Positions 13,642 to 26,700 of a stretch of 64,000 nucleotides of DNA are shown piece by piece. A model generated the notes under the pieces. The model had not been told where the DNA came from. It saw only the letters and a program-made list of their open reading frames with translations, and did no database searches. Made by a program: the position numbers and the translations under genes. Each line of letters starts with the position of its first letter. Within the stretch, counting starts at the first letter, position 1. This DNA comes from Epiperipatus broadwayi (taxonomy: Eukaryota; Animalia; Onychophora): contig JAQFVV010000006.1 of NCBI GenBank assembly GCA_028023455.1, positions 13,764,001-13,828,000 on the forward strand, in the 5' to 3' direction.

Positions 13642-13937
13642 TTGTATATTGGACTATTTCCATCATCTAATATAAGTATTGAATGTCTTTAGAAAAATTT
13701 AACTTTATATTTAAATATTCTAAATATATTCAACTGTTAGTAATGCCACACATGATAGTATAAGCACAACATTTTGAGACGTATTATTCTCCCCATTTCT
13801 TCAGGTGTTGCTAGCCTGACTAGTGACAGTACAAGGAAGGGAATCGAACCTGGATTCTTAGCAGGATGACTTGATTAGAGCATTATTTTATATATAACTG
13901 AAATATCATTATCACAAACCTTCAGGAAAACATAACC
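13642..13937 (-). repeat. Family D repeat with decayed minimal hammerhead (13764-13811)
   Basis: TSD TTTCCTTTTAT (13631-13641 / 13938-13948). Minus strand reads gcaacac CTGAAGA ... ctc AAAATGTT gtgc. Homologous to the copies at 20340, 48562 and 58311. Confidence 0.6.
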
Positions 13938-14503
13938 TTTCCTTTTATATTTTTATCTATATAAATCTGGAATTAGCAGTCCTTGTGATTATATTTTATG
14001 TGAAGGAGTTTCCTTTTCCTATCTTTATACACATTATTTTTTTTTTTTAATTTCAATCATCTTCTATGGTCATTTTCAACAATCATTCCTACAAAATATC
14101 TATATTACATAATATTAATTAATAATTATAAAAACATTTGGTAATACAAATGCAACAAAATTCAAGCACACACATATAGATATGCTTTGCAAAATATCCA
14201 GTGCATAAAATAAACACTCGTTTTATTTAGTTTAATGCATTTTCACTGCCAAGAACCATAATCATAGTTACTCTTATTAACTTTTAAAGATTTTCAGCAT
14301 TGAAAATGTGTTAAATAAAACTGGTATCCGAAGCATATCTATATACAGGATTTGGGTTTTGTTATAAATATATAACATTATTAAATATTAATCTAAACAT
14401 GTTATATATTGTATATTAATTACGTATACTTTTTAGAATTAATCATTGAAAATGACCTTAAAGATGGGTGAAATGTAAAATAAAATGAAGTAAGAATATA
14501 ATA

Positions 14504-14840
14504 TTAAACCATCAAACATAACACGACCACCAGTCTTTATACTTACGCAAGCTGTTTTCACAGAGATAAAACTCTCCGCACAGTAGTGCCACTCAGTGCA
14601 AGCCAGAGTAATAAATGGATGCAGGAAGGTTTGTGCATAAAATCCCTATCTAATGCCTATTCAATCAATATCCCCAGACTAGTTTCTAGTTCCTGATGAA
14701 AGCCAAAAGCTAGAAACTAGTCTGGGGATATTGGATGAGTAGTCACTTGTTAGAGATTTTATGCACAAACCTTTCGGCATCCATTGATTGCTCTGGCTTG
14801 CATTGAGTGGCACTACTATATGGAGTTTTGTCTCTGTGAA
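14504..14840. repeat. Family A fold-back copy
   Basis: Inverted arms around CTGATGA aagc caaaa gct a GAAACTAGTC (14693-14722). Confidence 0.85.
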
Positions 14841-14984
14841 ATATTATAATATAAGGTACATAAGATATGGAAGGAAATGATTCATATAATAAAGCAAGAT
14901 TTACAAAGAAAACTATATATGGAGTATTTATGCATTAAAACAATATGTTTAGAGAAAAGTTTATCTTCATTAAAAAATTACAAA

Positions 14985-15080
14985 CTTTGATCTAAGCCAA
15001 CTGATGAGTTCTGGTTCAGCACGAAATGCACATCTAGGGGACCGTTTATCACATCTTTGATCATATGTTTCAGTAATGTG
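14985..15080 (+). repeat. Family B hammerhead fragment
   Basis: gccaa CTGATGA gttctg gtt cagcac GAAA TGCACATC taggg. Confidence 0.75.
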
Positions 15081-16909
15081 TGATAAAATAGAAGTTTGAA
15101 ATATATTTAAATACATATTATATGAAGTAAGTATCCCTGAAATAATGTATTTATGAAGTTAAATTATAATGCGCTATGTGGCTTACTTGAAAAAGTGGGT
15201 TTCAAAATGTATCTAGAATGTGAAAAGCTGGTCTGACTTCTGAGCTGATAGATAGTCGTGATAGGATTGAGTTAAAGATGAAAGATGCATTGATAAACAC
15301 AAAAACATGCAAATATATATAATCCAACGAATGATGTTTATCTGGGATATAAGAATTCCATTAGCATTTATTTTCTTCACTAGTTATGAATACATCAGAC
15401 CATTATTTTTGATTTATGAAATTCTGTCAATGGCTATCATACGATTTATTGTGTTAAAACTAGATATATTTACAGATATCTAATATATATGTAGATAGTT
15501 CATTTCCCATCTTAAGATCATTAAATCAGCCAGCATCTTCCAAGGAAAAACAAGGACACCCACCCCCTCCATTAATGTTTCCCATACACTTAACAAATTC
15601 TGTACTTTCCAAATACCATACGAGTTTATTTATTTATTATACATACACATTATACATAGAAATGTCTAATTAATTACTTTTTAATTATCTTCAATTCACT
15701 TACTGACAAGAAGCAAACAATTAGATTAACTTTAATTAGCCTTAATTACAAATGATTTTCCAAAATCAAAATAACGCAACTAGTTTAGCCAATTAAAATT
15801 TCATTATATAAAAAAAGATATTTTCATAAGTATATAATTTCCAAACATATTATGCAATAATATTACATCACATCAGTATTTTCTATACTTTCCACATGTT
15901 TCCGTGCATTCATAAAATTAAACTATCGAATATAAAATATTAAAATCAATAATAAACATTTTTATAATGAGTAAAACTATCTTTTACTTTATGTATCAGA
16001 CGTACAATAAACAGTGGCCAGTAAACAAAAAAATTAGGGTTCTCAATGTTTTACATATGTCTCCTGAGTGCATAGTTTCTTCTTTGGTGTTATTAGCATG
16101 AATTTCCACTTAAGATATCACTATAAGATGATGATTCCCATCCAAAACAATTGAACCAGTTGTTGCATGAAAATTACTTATTGATTTTAATTTTTTCATT
16201 TGAATAACTTAAAACAGTAGCAAAAGCTAGTGCCACCCAGTGCAAGCTTTAGTAATCAATGGATGCAAGAAGATTTATGCTTAAAATCCCTATCTAGTGC
16301 CTACTCATTCAATATCATGTGATGTTTCAGTAGGATAAGTTATTGTAGAAAAAACATTAAATGAGATACTTCTTCATTGGAATGTAAATTGTTTCGATTA
16401 TGTGGTGTATTTGCTACTAAAGCATTGAGACATGGTCAACGGACAAAGTTTAGAAATATATGGTACATATCAAAGCTTGACTAATATCCCTTATAATTAT
16501 TTTAAGAATTGAGCTAAATATTTCACTGATTACGAAAACCTATTTGATGCGATCTGCATTAAACAAGAACAATTTGATATTAATGTTTATCATTGATTTA
16601 CAAGAAATTCTGTCGGATTAAATCACAAACTGATTTGAAATCTAATATTGTTTATAAAAATCTCATGCTGTAGGAGCAGAATTGCTTATTTCCACAATTT
16701 TGGTTTGAATCACGGCAGATGAAACTTTTTCAAGTTCCAGTCTGTCTTAAGATGTTTCCTTCAAGTAGTTTTGCTCCAGACCACAGGTTACTAGATGGGT
16801 ATCTATCCATATTCTTAATTAAGAGATAAAACAAAGACGTAAAATGTTCAAATCCTTATCATCCTACAATTGGCAAGCTTTGTGAATAATGTTTTTTTCT
16901 TTACTGGCT

Positions 16910-17650
16910 GATCTCTATAGTCATTCGTTAGACTAGAAATTACCTACTTTCATTAAGTGAATAATCTAGTCTAATGAATGATTAATAAGAATTATTGATA
17001 TACTTCCATCAAGTGGTTTGCGTCAAAGCCATGAGGGCGATAAGTTTGACACTTATCAATTAAATTTTAGTAAATGGTTATCTATATATACTGAACAGTG
17101 ATAAAGATATGTGTAAGAGATTGTAATCTGGGCCAACTGATGTGTGCTGGTTCAGCATGAAATGTGCATGAGGATCATACTTTTTTTCATATGTTTTTGG
17201 TTATATATTTATGATTATACTCCTCCACAAGATGTTAAAAGGAGATAGAAAACAGTCTACTTTGCATGAGAGTGGTGTAGTGAAAATTACACTACAGAAA
17301 TATTCATTAAATGGATAATCTCTAGTCTAATGAATGACTAATAAAAATTATTAATATACTTCCATAAAGTGGTTTGTGTCAAAGTTGTGAGGGCAGTAAG
17401 TTCGACACATCAATTAAGTGCATTAATTGGCCATCTATATGTACAGAACAATTATAAAAAATATGTGTAAAAGATTGTGATCTGGGCCAACTGACGAGTG
17501 CTGGTTCAGCACGAAGTGTTCATTTTGGGAATCATACATCTTTTTCATGTTTTTGTCATATGTTTATGATTACACCCCTCCACAATGTGTTAAAAGCGCA
17601 CAGAAATCAGTCTCCATCTTAGCTGGAGTGAAAAATTACAGAAATATTGT
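16910..17650 (+). repeat. Family B head-to-tail dimer (period 354 bp) with a short inverted 5' piece
   Basis: Hammerhead cores start at 17137 and 17491, both with point damage. The segment around 16915-16945 is the reverse complement of an internal segment. Confidence 0.85.
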
Positions 17651-17989
17651 TTTACTGTTTTAATTACATGTTCATAGAAAAAAATATTATGCAGAAGTTC
17701 AATTTAAAGACAAACTCATAATATTTTCATTAAAAAAACCTGTAAGAACTGTTACTCAAGATGCTATATGATGTTTAAGAACCAAAATGACAAACTGAGA
17801 ATAACAATTCCAGTCGATTGACCAAACGAAAAATTTTTAAAATGTTCTTGAAACTGGAAATCAATTTTTTTAAAAAAATGTTAGTATTTGAATCTATCAC
17901 CCTACCACTATGCTAAACCACACAAGGATAACTATAAACTGATTATAACCTTCTCTAAGCAGTGGTGAATGGTATCTGTGGGTTGGTTA

Positions 17990-18620
17990 TCATCATTTTC
18001 AACTTTTATTGATCTGTTAAAAGATGGTCTCTCCAAGTTTAATCCAATTTCTCCAATCCGTAACCACTTTTCTCCGCAACCTATTTGCAAACTATCTTAT
18101 TTTATTCATCCATCTCACATGTAGTCTCATTCTAAAGCTTTTAAAACCTACTGAGATCCAGTTTAAGATTTTAACAATCCACCTATTATCCTTTCTTTCA
18201 GAAATATATCCAACCCAATCCCGTTTCTTAATTCTTTCAACAATGTCAGTAGATTTCAACAATCCACCTATTTTCATTTCTTTCAGAAATATATCCAACC
18301 CAAACCCATTTCTTAACGCTTTCAACAATGCTGTAATACTTGTTTATTCTCTTATTTTCAATCTCTTCTAGTTACTTCTAATATACATTTTTGAGTAATC
18401 TGAAGTTTCTAAATTGTTTTTCTGGTGAGAGTTCAATTCTCAGATCCATAAGTAAAAACGGGTAAAACACACCTATTAGAAAACTTCTTTTTCAAACATA
18501 TAGGTTTGTTTCCTTTTAATATTAGATTACTTCTACTAATAGGACTTCATCCAAGTTTAATTCTATGATTAATATCATCCACGATGTTTCCATCTGTATG
18601 TGGGTTGGTTTGTCACCATA
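17990..18620 (-). mobile_element. RTE-clade LINE 3' fragment with an 85-bp internal duplication
   Basis: ORF 18092-18328 contains DWVGYISERKDNRWIVKILNW...RWMNKIR, matching the RTE C-terminal W-GHI-R...RW...W pattern. Confidence 0.75.
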
Positions 18621-20632
18621 ACTATCTATTCTTTTTGTTAATCGCCATGAATCTTCATGAAAAAACACGTTTTGGATGACTTTAGGTTACATGGAAAGAG
18701 AATGTCAACATGAAGATCGACTACTTGAGCATGGCATAAGAAATTTATGAAAACCATACATATAGAACAGAAAAAGAGCTATTCAACTTGAACATCTAAT
18801 TAAAATATGCAAATCAATATTTTTTTTTCACAATATACACAAAGCTTGCATGTTGATTCAAGTGCCTTATGCAATATGTAAAATCATGACTAAGCAATGA
18901 AAATGCATTCTAACAGATCCCCCAAGTCCATAAAAAAAAAATCGCTAAGATGATGGATTTGTTTAAGTATGAGAGCTCACACTAAACACTTGTAAAATTT
19001 TTGGCCTAACAGGAAAAAATAAAAGTTTGTTTACTATGAATCTGTCCTACTGGAAAGTCTAAATCTAAAAGTAAATTCATTACCTATGACCAAAGTTGTA
19101 TAAATAGTCTATGTATACTGCAAACATACAAATAAAATTCACAAATTGTATGTAATAAAAAAAAAGATTTATAGTACTTTTAATAATATCACTGCTCTGC
19201 TGTTCCACTATTATTGATATTTTTTATTACTGTAACGAGTAATCCATTAGTCGCAACAACCTAATCAAAATGCATGATAGGCTATTTTTAAACCACATTT
19301 TCTCGAGCCTTTCATTTTCATGATAACCAGAGAAATTCCTAAATAGGGCTGCCCTATTTTTCAACTGAAACATATGAGTTACAAATTTGTGATATAATTT
19401 TCCTTCTTCAAAACTAGAATTGCAACACAAACATAGTGACCAGTTATACAAAGTTTGGTAACATTAAGATTCTTTTTGTTATCACTATATTTTAAGAAGA
19501 CTGCTATAAAGATTAACATAGTTAAAAGTCTTCCATGTTATGGTTGTTGGAATTAGAATATTTAGTCGATAAAATGGATCCCATTGCCGGCAATTAAATT
19601 TCTTTTAAGATAGAGAATGACATCAAAATAATAAAAACGAAAGAAACATCAAAATGTCTTTTATTAAACTTTATGTAAAGTATATTTTATCTTTTGAATA
19701 CTGAATCAATTTTACAGTGATTTTAATTCATATTTACGTCAAGATTTACCTGCTCATTATATAAGTCATCATATTCCTATGTTATATGATTTTAATTCTT
19801 TTTAAATAAATAAATACATTTTCATGATTGAAAATTTGAAAAATAATAATGCAGTAATTCCATACTTCAGACTGCAATTAAACTTACGAATATTAAAATT
19901 TTAAATGATGTAATAAAAGGTACAATTCAGAGAAGTTAAAAAAATATGCCAAATATATTATTAAATCTAATGACATCATTCAGATATCTTCAGCACACAA
20001 AAAATAGTATTTATTCATAGAAAATATAAGGATAATATTGGTAGTTAGACATTAAACTATTTCCACTGTCTAGTAACATATATTAAGGCTATAACCTTAA
20101 GACTATGTGCCTAGAAACAACAGTGGAGATCTCTACAAATCTTAACACAAGATTAACGACTTTAAAAGACAAGAGCGGCAATAGCAGCCATTCTTATCTT
20201 CGACCTATTTTCTAATTATATGGGCTTTATAAATTATTAATTCCACCGTCTAGTTAAACTGTTAAATATTTTTTGAAAAATTCAAACTTTATTTATTTGC
20301 TTTTTCCAGATATATTTGTTTTATTGTTAGTAATAACATGTTTAGAACACAACATTTTGAGTAGTATTATTTTACCTCTTCAGCTACTGTTGACTTGACT
20401 TATAATAGATTAGTATGGGAAAATTAAAGCAATGACCTTTACATTCATGAATACTAAATTTAAGATATTCATCTACGAGATTCTCCCGATTTCTCCATTT
20501 TCCCCCTTTTAATAGCAAGATTAATGTGGTATTACCCTAGAATTATTTGCCATTGTCATATGAGCAGCTTTAAATGGTCTCCCCCACCCCCAATATTCTT
20601 GTACTTCCCAATTGAACACATACTCATTGTTA

Positions 20633-21150
20633 CAAGGGGATACACAAAAATAACTGGAATTTTGTAATAAAAATTGAGTATTTATTTTTAGATGTTCTAA
20701 ATTGAATGTCGTTCAAAATACTGTCCACTTGATGCTGTGCACCAGTCTAAGCGAGTTTTCCACTTTTCAAAGTAGTCTTGAAACTCTTGAAAAGTGATAA
20801 CTTTTAATGCCTCCATTGTTTTTTTTATTCTCCATTTCCTACTTCACAAAACCTTTTCTCTTGAGGCATTTTTTCATTCAGGAAATAAAAAGAAGTTGCA
20901 CAGAGCGAGATTGAGTGAATATAGCTGATGGATAAGCAGAATCATGCTGTTTTAACATTCAAGGCCTTGGGCACTGTGTGTTGTTATGATCAAGCTTGAC
21001 CTCGTTTTGCCTCAAATAGGGATATTTTCATTTACCCATCATACAAACTTTTGAACTTGTAAATAAAATGGCTGATCATTATGAAAGAATTCTGAGTAGA
21101 TAATGCTGTTTACATTGTCTTGATATTAAACTTCAATTGGCATGCTTTTT
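20633..21150 (-). mobile_element. Mariner transposase C-terminal relic
   Basis: Minus-strand remnants HPAYSLNLALCNFFLFP and FQDYFEKWKTRLDWCTASSGQYFE. TA-CAAGGGG terminal-repeat-like end at 20631. Confidence 0.75.
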
Positions 21151-21488
21151 TAGGGACGTTGACACTTCCATTAAACTTAGGTTAGCTTACTTGTAAGTTA
21201 TTTCATTCATTATAACTTTTTCCCTAACAGAAAACAGAATTCATAATGTTCTAAGTTTTCAGCCATTACAAAATTGACATATAGACACACTTAACAAAAA
21301 CATTTACTATGCTACAACCCAACCTCTTGATGGTGATCACTGGCAACTAGTGCAGAAGTTCCCCACAACAAAACTAGTGGCAGAAACTGTAATACAATGT
21401 GTCACCCTCCAGAAAAATTTGGTTATTTTGGGTACCCCTCCATATATGCTTATCTGGTACTTCAAAAATATCTTTATTTCCATTAATA

Positions 21489-22217
21489 CGGAAGTCTGAT
21501 AATTAAAGTTTGCAAACTATCCTAAAATGCTACATACATATTCCTGAATATCAATATAATCACCTTTGAAGGACCTCTCGAGAACTATCACCCTTCAAAA
21601 CAATTTTGAAACTTCGAAATGATCACAGGGTTATGGTGACATCAAAATATTTTTTTTCCAAAAATTTCTTTTATCTTCAAGTAAAGAAAAAGTCATTGGG
21701 TAGATCAGGTGAGTAGGAAAGGTAATCCAATACACTCTTTATGTACTTCTTCACTACCATTTTTTACATCTTTCTTTGATAAGTTGAATTTTCTTACTGA
21801 TTATCATGTTAACTTGGTCTGCTCTGCTTCTCACAATCAGGTGACGATCTTGACATAGAACACAACAATTTTCAACGCTTTCATCAGTTCTGCTGCTACT
21901 GGTCATTCTAGTCTCTGTTGTCACTAGCCTTTCTCTCCTTGAAAATTTTAATCCATTTGTACACTGCCTTTTATTTTAGCTTATCACCAAAAACTTGGAA
22001 TAACTTTTTGCAAGTTTAAAAGAATTTAATGTTTGTTGCTATTCTAATTCAAACTTTAATATTCTCATGACCACAAAAAATATAAAGCCAATCAGCAAAT
22101 ACTACCACATTAACGTGAAAACACGGAAACACTGATATGCCAACATTATGACTTTATAGTGCTTGTACAGTACTGACAATATAAGCACTGGCAGTTTAGA
22201 ACTTATTCAGAACTTCA
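21489..22217 (-). mobile_element. Internally deleted mariner element
   Basis: SYSPDLPNDFF (cf. PYSPDLAPNDF) and N-terminal HTH remnants (VYKWIKIFKE). Degenerate TA-flanked TIRs. Confidence 0.65.
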
Positions 22218-23454
22218 TATATCCTTCCACATGCCATAGTTCATAGATGAATGGTTTAGTAGTATTTCAAGCTTAGATTTATAAATTATGTTCTCACAAT
22301 GTGTTGATATTTGTTACCTATTTAGTTTCTTAATGATAGTGATACAGAACTAGGACTCCTATAATACTTTTTCCAAACCACTAACACTATGAAACGATCA
22401 CTGCTTCATAGTGACAGTATAATTCCATTTTTGATGTTTCTGCCATCACAATATATATATATGTTAAATATTTTCCTGGTTTTTTAAACAGTGGTTCTGA
22501 TTTTTCCATGAATCTTACTACAAGAATATCTTAAAATGCCAATTTTGTTCACTTTCATTCTATTGTGAATTTGGTTGAAATACATTTTTAATATGTGTCC
22601 AAAATTTTGTAACAGTATTTCATCATATAGCTATAAAATGAATGTATCACTGACATAACAAAGCCAAATTTTGGTGGGGATGGAATAATATTTATGGGTA
22701 TTTGGTTTCAAGCTCTTCCATGGAAATATTGCCAATCAGGAATGTTGTGGAACTATAGCGTATCTGGATTTTGGTACAAGAATTGTGTTATATTGAAAAT
22801 ATATTATTATTATGCAAAATGTTACACCATCTATTATCAAACCACTAAAACATTACACGATCACTATTTCTATGCTTATACAAACTATTAATACAGTAGC
22901 AAAATCTCTACCGTAGTACAACTCCTACAAAGCCATGGTAATCAATGTATGCAAGGTTTGTTTCATTATACTGTCAATAGGGAGAATTGTTCTGATTTGT
23001 AGACTATTACTCTATTTAACTTTTCTTATAATAGATAAGTCATCATTTGATACATCTGTGGATTAACTTTCTTACTAGAAGCTTACTAATATTTAAATAT
23101 ATTATATTTGGAAAAGTATAAAGTTGAAATTTTTCTAAAAATATTTAATGATCCAATTAGATAATGGAGAAACTACAACATATAACTACAAATAAAATGA
23201 CAGAATATGTATATAGTTTAAATAAATAATTGAATAGATGATAGAAATTATATTTCTATATATACAAATATATATATATATATATATGCACACATATTGA
23301 AATTATTTTCATTTTTATTTAGGAATATATATGTAATTCTATTTCCCTAATTAATTAATTAATAATAAGATATTTCAGATTTAGGGAAAGGATGTGCTTG
23401 TGTCTAAATTTAGTTTTGCATAATTCTAAAACAATGACAAATCATTAAACTGTT

Positions 23455-24930
23455 ATTCACGAATAATATTTCTATAGTGTAATTTTTACTACACCACTCT
23501 CACACAAGGTAGGGGAGACTGATCATTTTTAACATCTTGCGGAGGAATGTAATCATAAACATATGACCAAAGGCATGTTTAAAGATGTACGTTCCCAAAG
23601 ACTGACATTTCGTGCTGAACCAGCACTTACCATTTTGGCTCGGATCACAATCTCTTACGCGTCTTTGGTCATATGTTTATGATTACACTCCATCACAAGA
23701 TATTAAAAGCAGATAGAAAACATTCTCACCTTGCATGAGAGTGGCGTAGTAAAATTACACTACAGAAGTATTATTCATTAAGTAGATAATCTCTAGTCTA
23801 ATGAATGACTAATAAAAATTATTAATATACTTCCACTGTGATTTGTGTCAAAGTTGTGAGGGCAGTAACTTTGACACTTCAATTAAACTGTAGTAATTCC
23901 CTATCTGTATATACTGAACAATGATAGTAGCAAACTACCCATACAGTATTGCCATAAAGTGCAAGCCTTCATGATCAATGTATGCAGGAAGATTTGTGCA
24001 TAAAATCTCTATCTAATGCCTAATCATCCAATATCCCCAAATTAGTTTCTAGCTTGGGGCTTTCATCAGTGAGAAGCCTTGGATTTGAGAGCTCTCCACT
24101 TGGACCTTAGGATCTAATGCAACCATCCAGAAGCTATCTTTAACCTATTTAGTTAATTATAAAGTTAGAAGCCCTTTTCAATCCAAGCTAATTTGCTTTT
24201 ATAATCGTATAGATCCGAACTCAGTTTAGCATCTATACATTTTGGTGTCTTTGGTTTTTCAAAAACCACAGCCACCATTATCTCATAATCAGGGTAGGTA
24301 TATAAACATCACATAATCAACATTTCATATGCGTACACAGTCTACTGATAATAGCAAACTCTCCATACAGTAACACCACCAAGTGCAAGCCTTCTTAGTA
24401 AATGGATGCAAATAGGTAAAAGGTGGCTTCTAGAAGGTTGCTTTAGATCCCAAGATCTAGGTGCAGTGCTCTCAAATCCAAGCCTCCTCACTAATGAAAG
24501 TTACAAGCTAGAAACTAGTCGGGTTGTTGGCTGAGTAGGCACTAGATAGGGATTTTATCCACAAACCTTCCTGCATCCATTGATTATGGAGGCTTGCACT
24601 TAATGTCAATACTATATGGAGAGTTTGCTAGTTATTAACAGCCTGTGTATATGAAATAGTGATCATGTGATGGTTTATGGTCTGAACAATAATAGATGTG
24701 CAAGAGATTGTGATGGTTCAGCACAAACCATGCATCTTGGAGATCATAAATCTTTTTCACATCTTGCGTTATATGTTTATTATTACAGCCTTCCACAAGA
24801 TGTTAAAAGTGAATAGAAACTAGTCTCTAACTTATGTGAGTGGTGTAGTGAAAACTACACTACAGAAATTCATTAAGTGGATACTCTCTAGTCTAATGAA
24901 CGACTAATAAAAATTATTAATATACTTCAT
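23455..24930. repeat. Family B fold-back/multimer containing a nested family A palindrome (23928-24681)
   Basis: Inverted B arm at about 23460-23660, then forward B. The A insertion is flanked by the TSD CTGAACAAT(G/A)ATAG (23914-23927 / 24682-24695). Confidence 0.85.
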
Positions 24931-25709
24931 TAACTTTTTTTTACATTTCTTATTATAATAAATAGACAAAATAATTAATTAAAGGTAAAACATTTTATAA
25001 ATGGCGTTAATGCTGAGAGTTCATAAGAAGTTTGAATGCCAAAGTCAGGACCGGAATTGATCAGAGAACTTCACATTCCACAATCGAATACTCTATCGTT
25101 ACTAAAAAACATTATCAATAGTTAGAGAAGGAACTGCATAGAAATGATTAGTTGCTGAGAATAGCTTGCTGGTCCGTGAAAACAATATAGGATTATAAGC
25201 CAGAATATGATACTAATAGACTTCCAAGGATCTGCCCATCATTCTACAGGAATGTCCAAATACTTTTCGTAAAGCTATATTCTAACATATCCAGATAAAG
25301 AAAATCCAGAGTTTGTTGTAAAATGCTATCTTCAAAATAACCACTACTCATTAATGATACTGGTATCTGAGAATAAATATTTTATTAAAATATATATATA
25401 TATCCAAATATAAATTCATCAAACCAACTAACTCTCAAGTGAATTTTATCTTTTAAAAGTAAAATGGATTTCTATTAAAATCTAACTCCTTAGTTCCGTT
25501 TTCTATATGAATAAAGAATGCCAATTTACTCAAGACAATAGAGACCTACGTTGTTGTTTTTTGAAAAGATAAATAGGTGTTCCGATTTTATTTTTTCATT
25601 TTAAGGATAGTTGTAAAATTATTTAAATTAATATATTTTATTTCTTATACACTAAGTTTGTTTTAATTAATTTAAAACAAATTATCTATTTTTTATAGTT
25701 ATCAATATT

Positions 25710-26360
25710 AATACATTGTACAGGCTTAAACCTGCATTTATATATGTAATATAGGTGGGATTCGAACTCGACTTTCACACGACCCACTACTCTCAGTGAC
25801 ATCTCATATTGCTGACCCACTTGATCACACACATGTTGAAAAGATAAATAATCACTAATATACGTATTTCATGCTAAACCAGCAATCATCAGTTGGTCTA
25901 GATTACTATCCTCACACATATATATATAATCAGTGCTCAGCTTTATATTAAGATAGCCATACTTTAATGGACAGGCTTCAAACTATTCCAACTCACCAAT
26001 TCTTCAGCCTTCCATTTCATTGAAAATCTGATACGTCAACATAGATAGGATGACAACCTTGGCACTAACAAGGGCCTTGAACGTTCCATCATCAGATTTT
26101 CAACAAAATGGAAGGCTGAAGAGTTGGTGAGTTGGAATAGTTTGAAGCCTGTCCATTAAAGTATGAAGATTGGCTTTCTTAATATAAAGCTGTGCACTGA
26201 TTATATATGTGTGTGAGGGTAGTAATCTAGACCAACTGATGATTGCTGGTTTAGCATGAAATACGTATATTGGCGATTATTTATCTTTTCAACATGTGTG
26301 TGATCAGGTGGATCAGCAATATGAGATGGCTCTGAGAGTAGTGGGTCGTGTGAAGGTCTG
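25710..26360. repeat. Family C hammerhead fold-back insertion (ribozymes about 25853-25897 minus, 26231-26275 plus)
   Basis: Inverted arms of about 250 bp or more. The 13-bp TSD is AGTTATCAATATT (25697-25709 / 26361-26373). Confidence 0.9.
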
Positions 26361-26569
26361 AGTTATCAATATTGTGCATTAGTACTACTAATAGCAAGTG
26401 TAACTTTAATTTACAAGTGCCAAGCTTAATCCACCCACAACTTCCATACAAATCATTGCAGATAAGTGCAGTAATGATTAGCACTAATCATTCATTAAAC
26501 TGGAGATTATCGCTAGCCCAGATATACACTTTAAACTCTTGTTAAAGATCAATATATGGTTTTTTTAAT

Positions 26570-26700
26570 TAATCACACACACGGTGTTATTCATACTTCT
26601 CATTCCCATGCATAATATATTTTTGTGAAAAAGTCAAATGATTCCAAGATGTTGTTCGTGCTGAACCAGCATTCATCAGTTGGCCCAGGTCACCACCTCC
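26570..26700 (-). repeat. Family B fragment with damaged hammerhead (similar fragment at 39560-39630)
   Basis: Plus strand reads ttcgtgctgaaccagcattcatcagttggccc. Confidence 0.7.
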
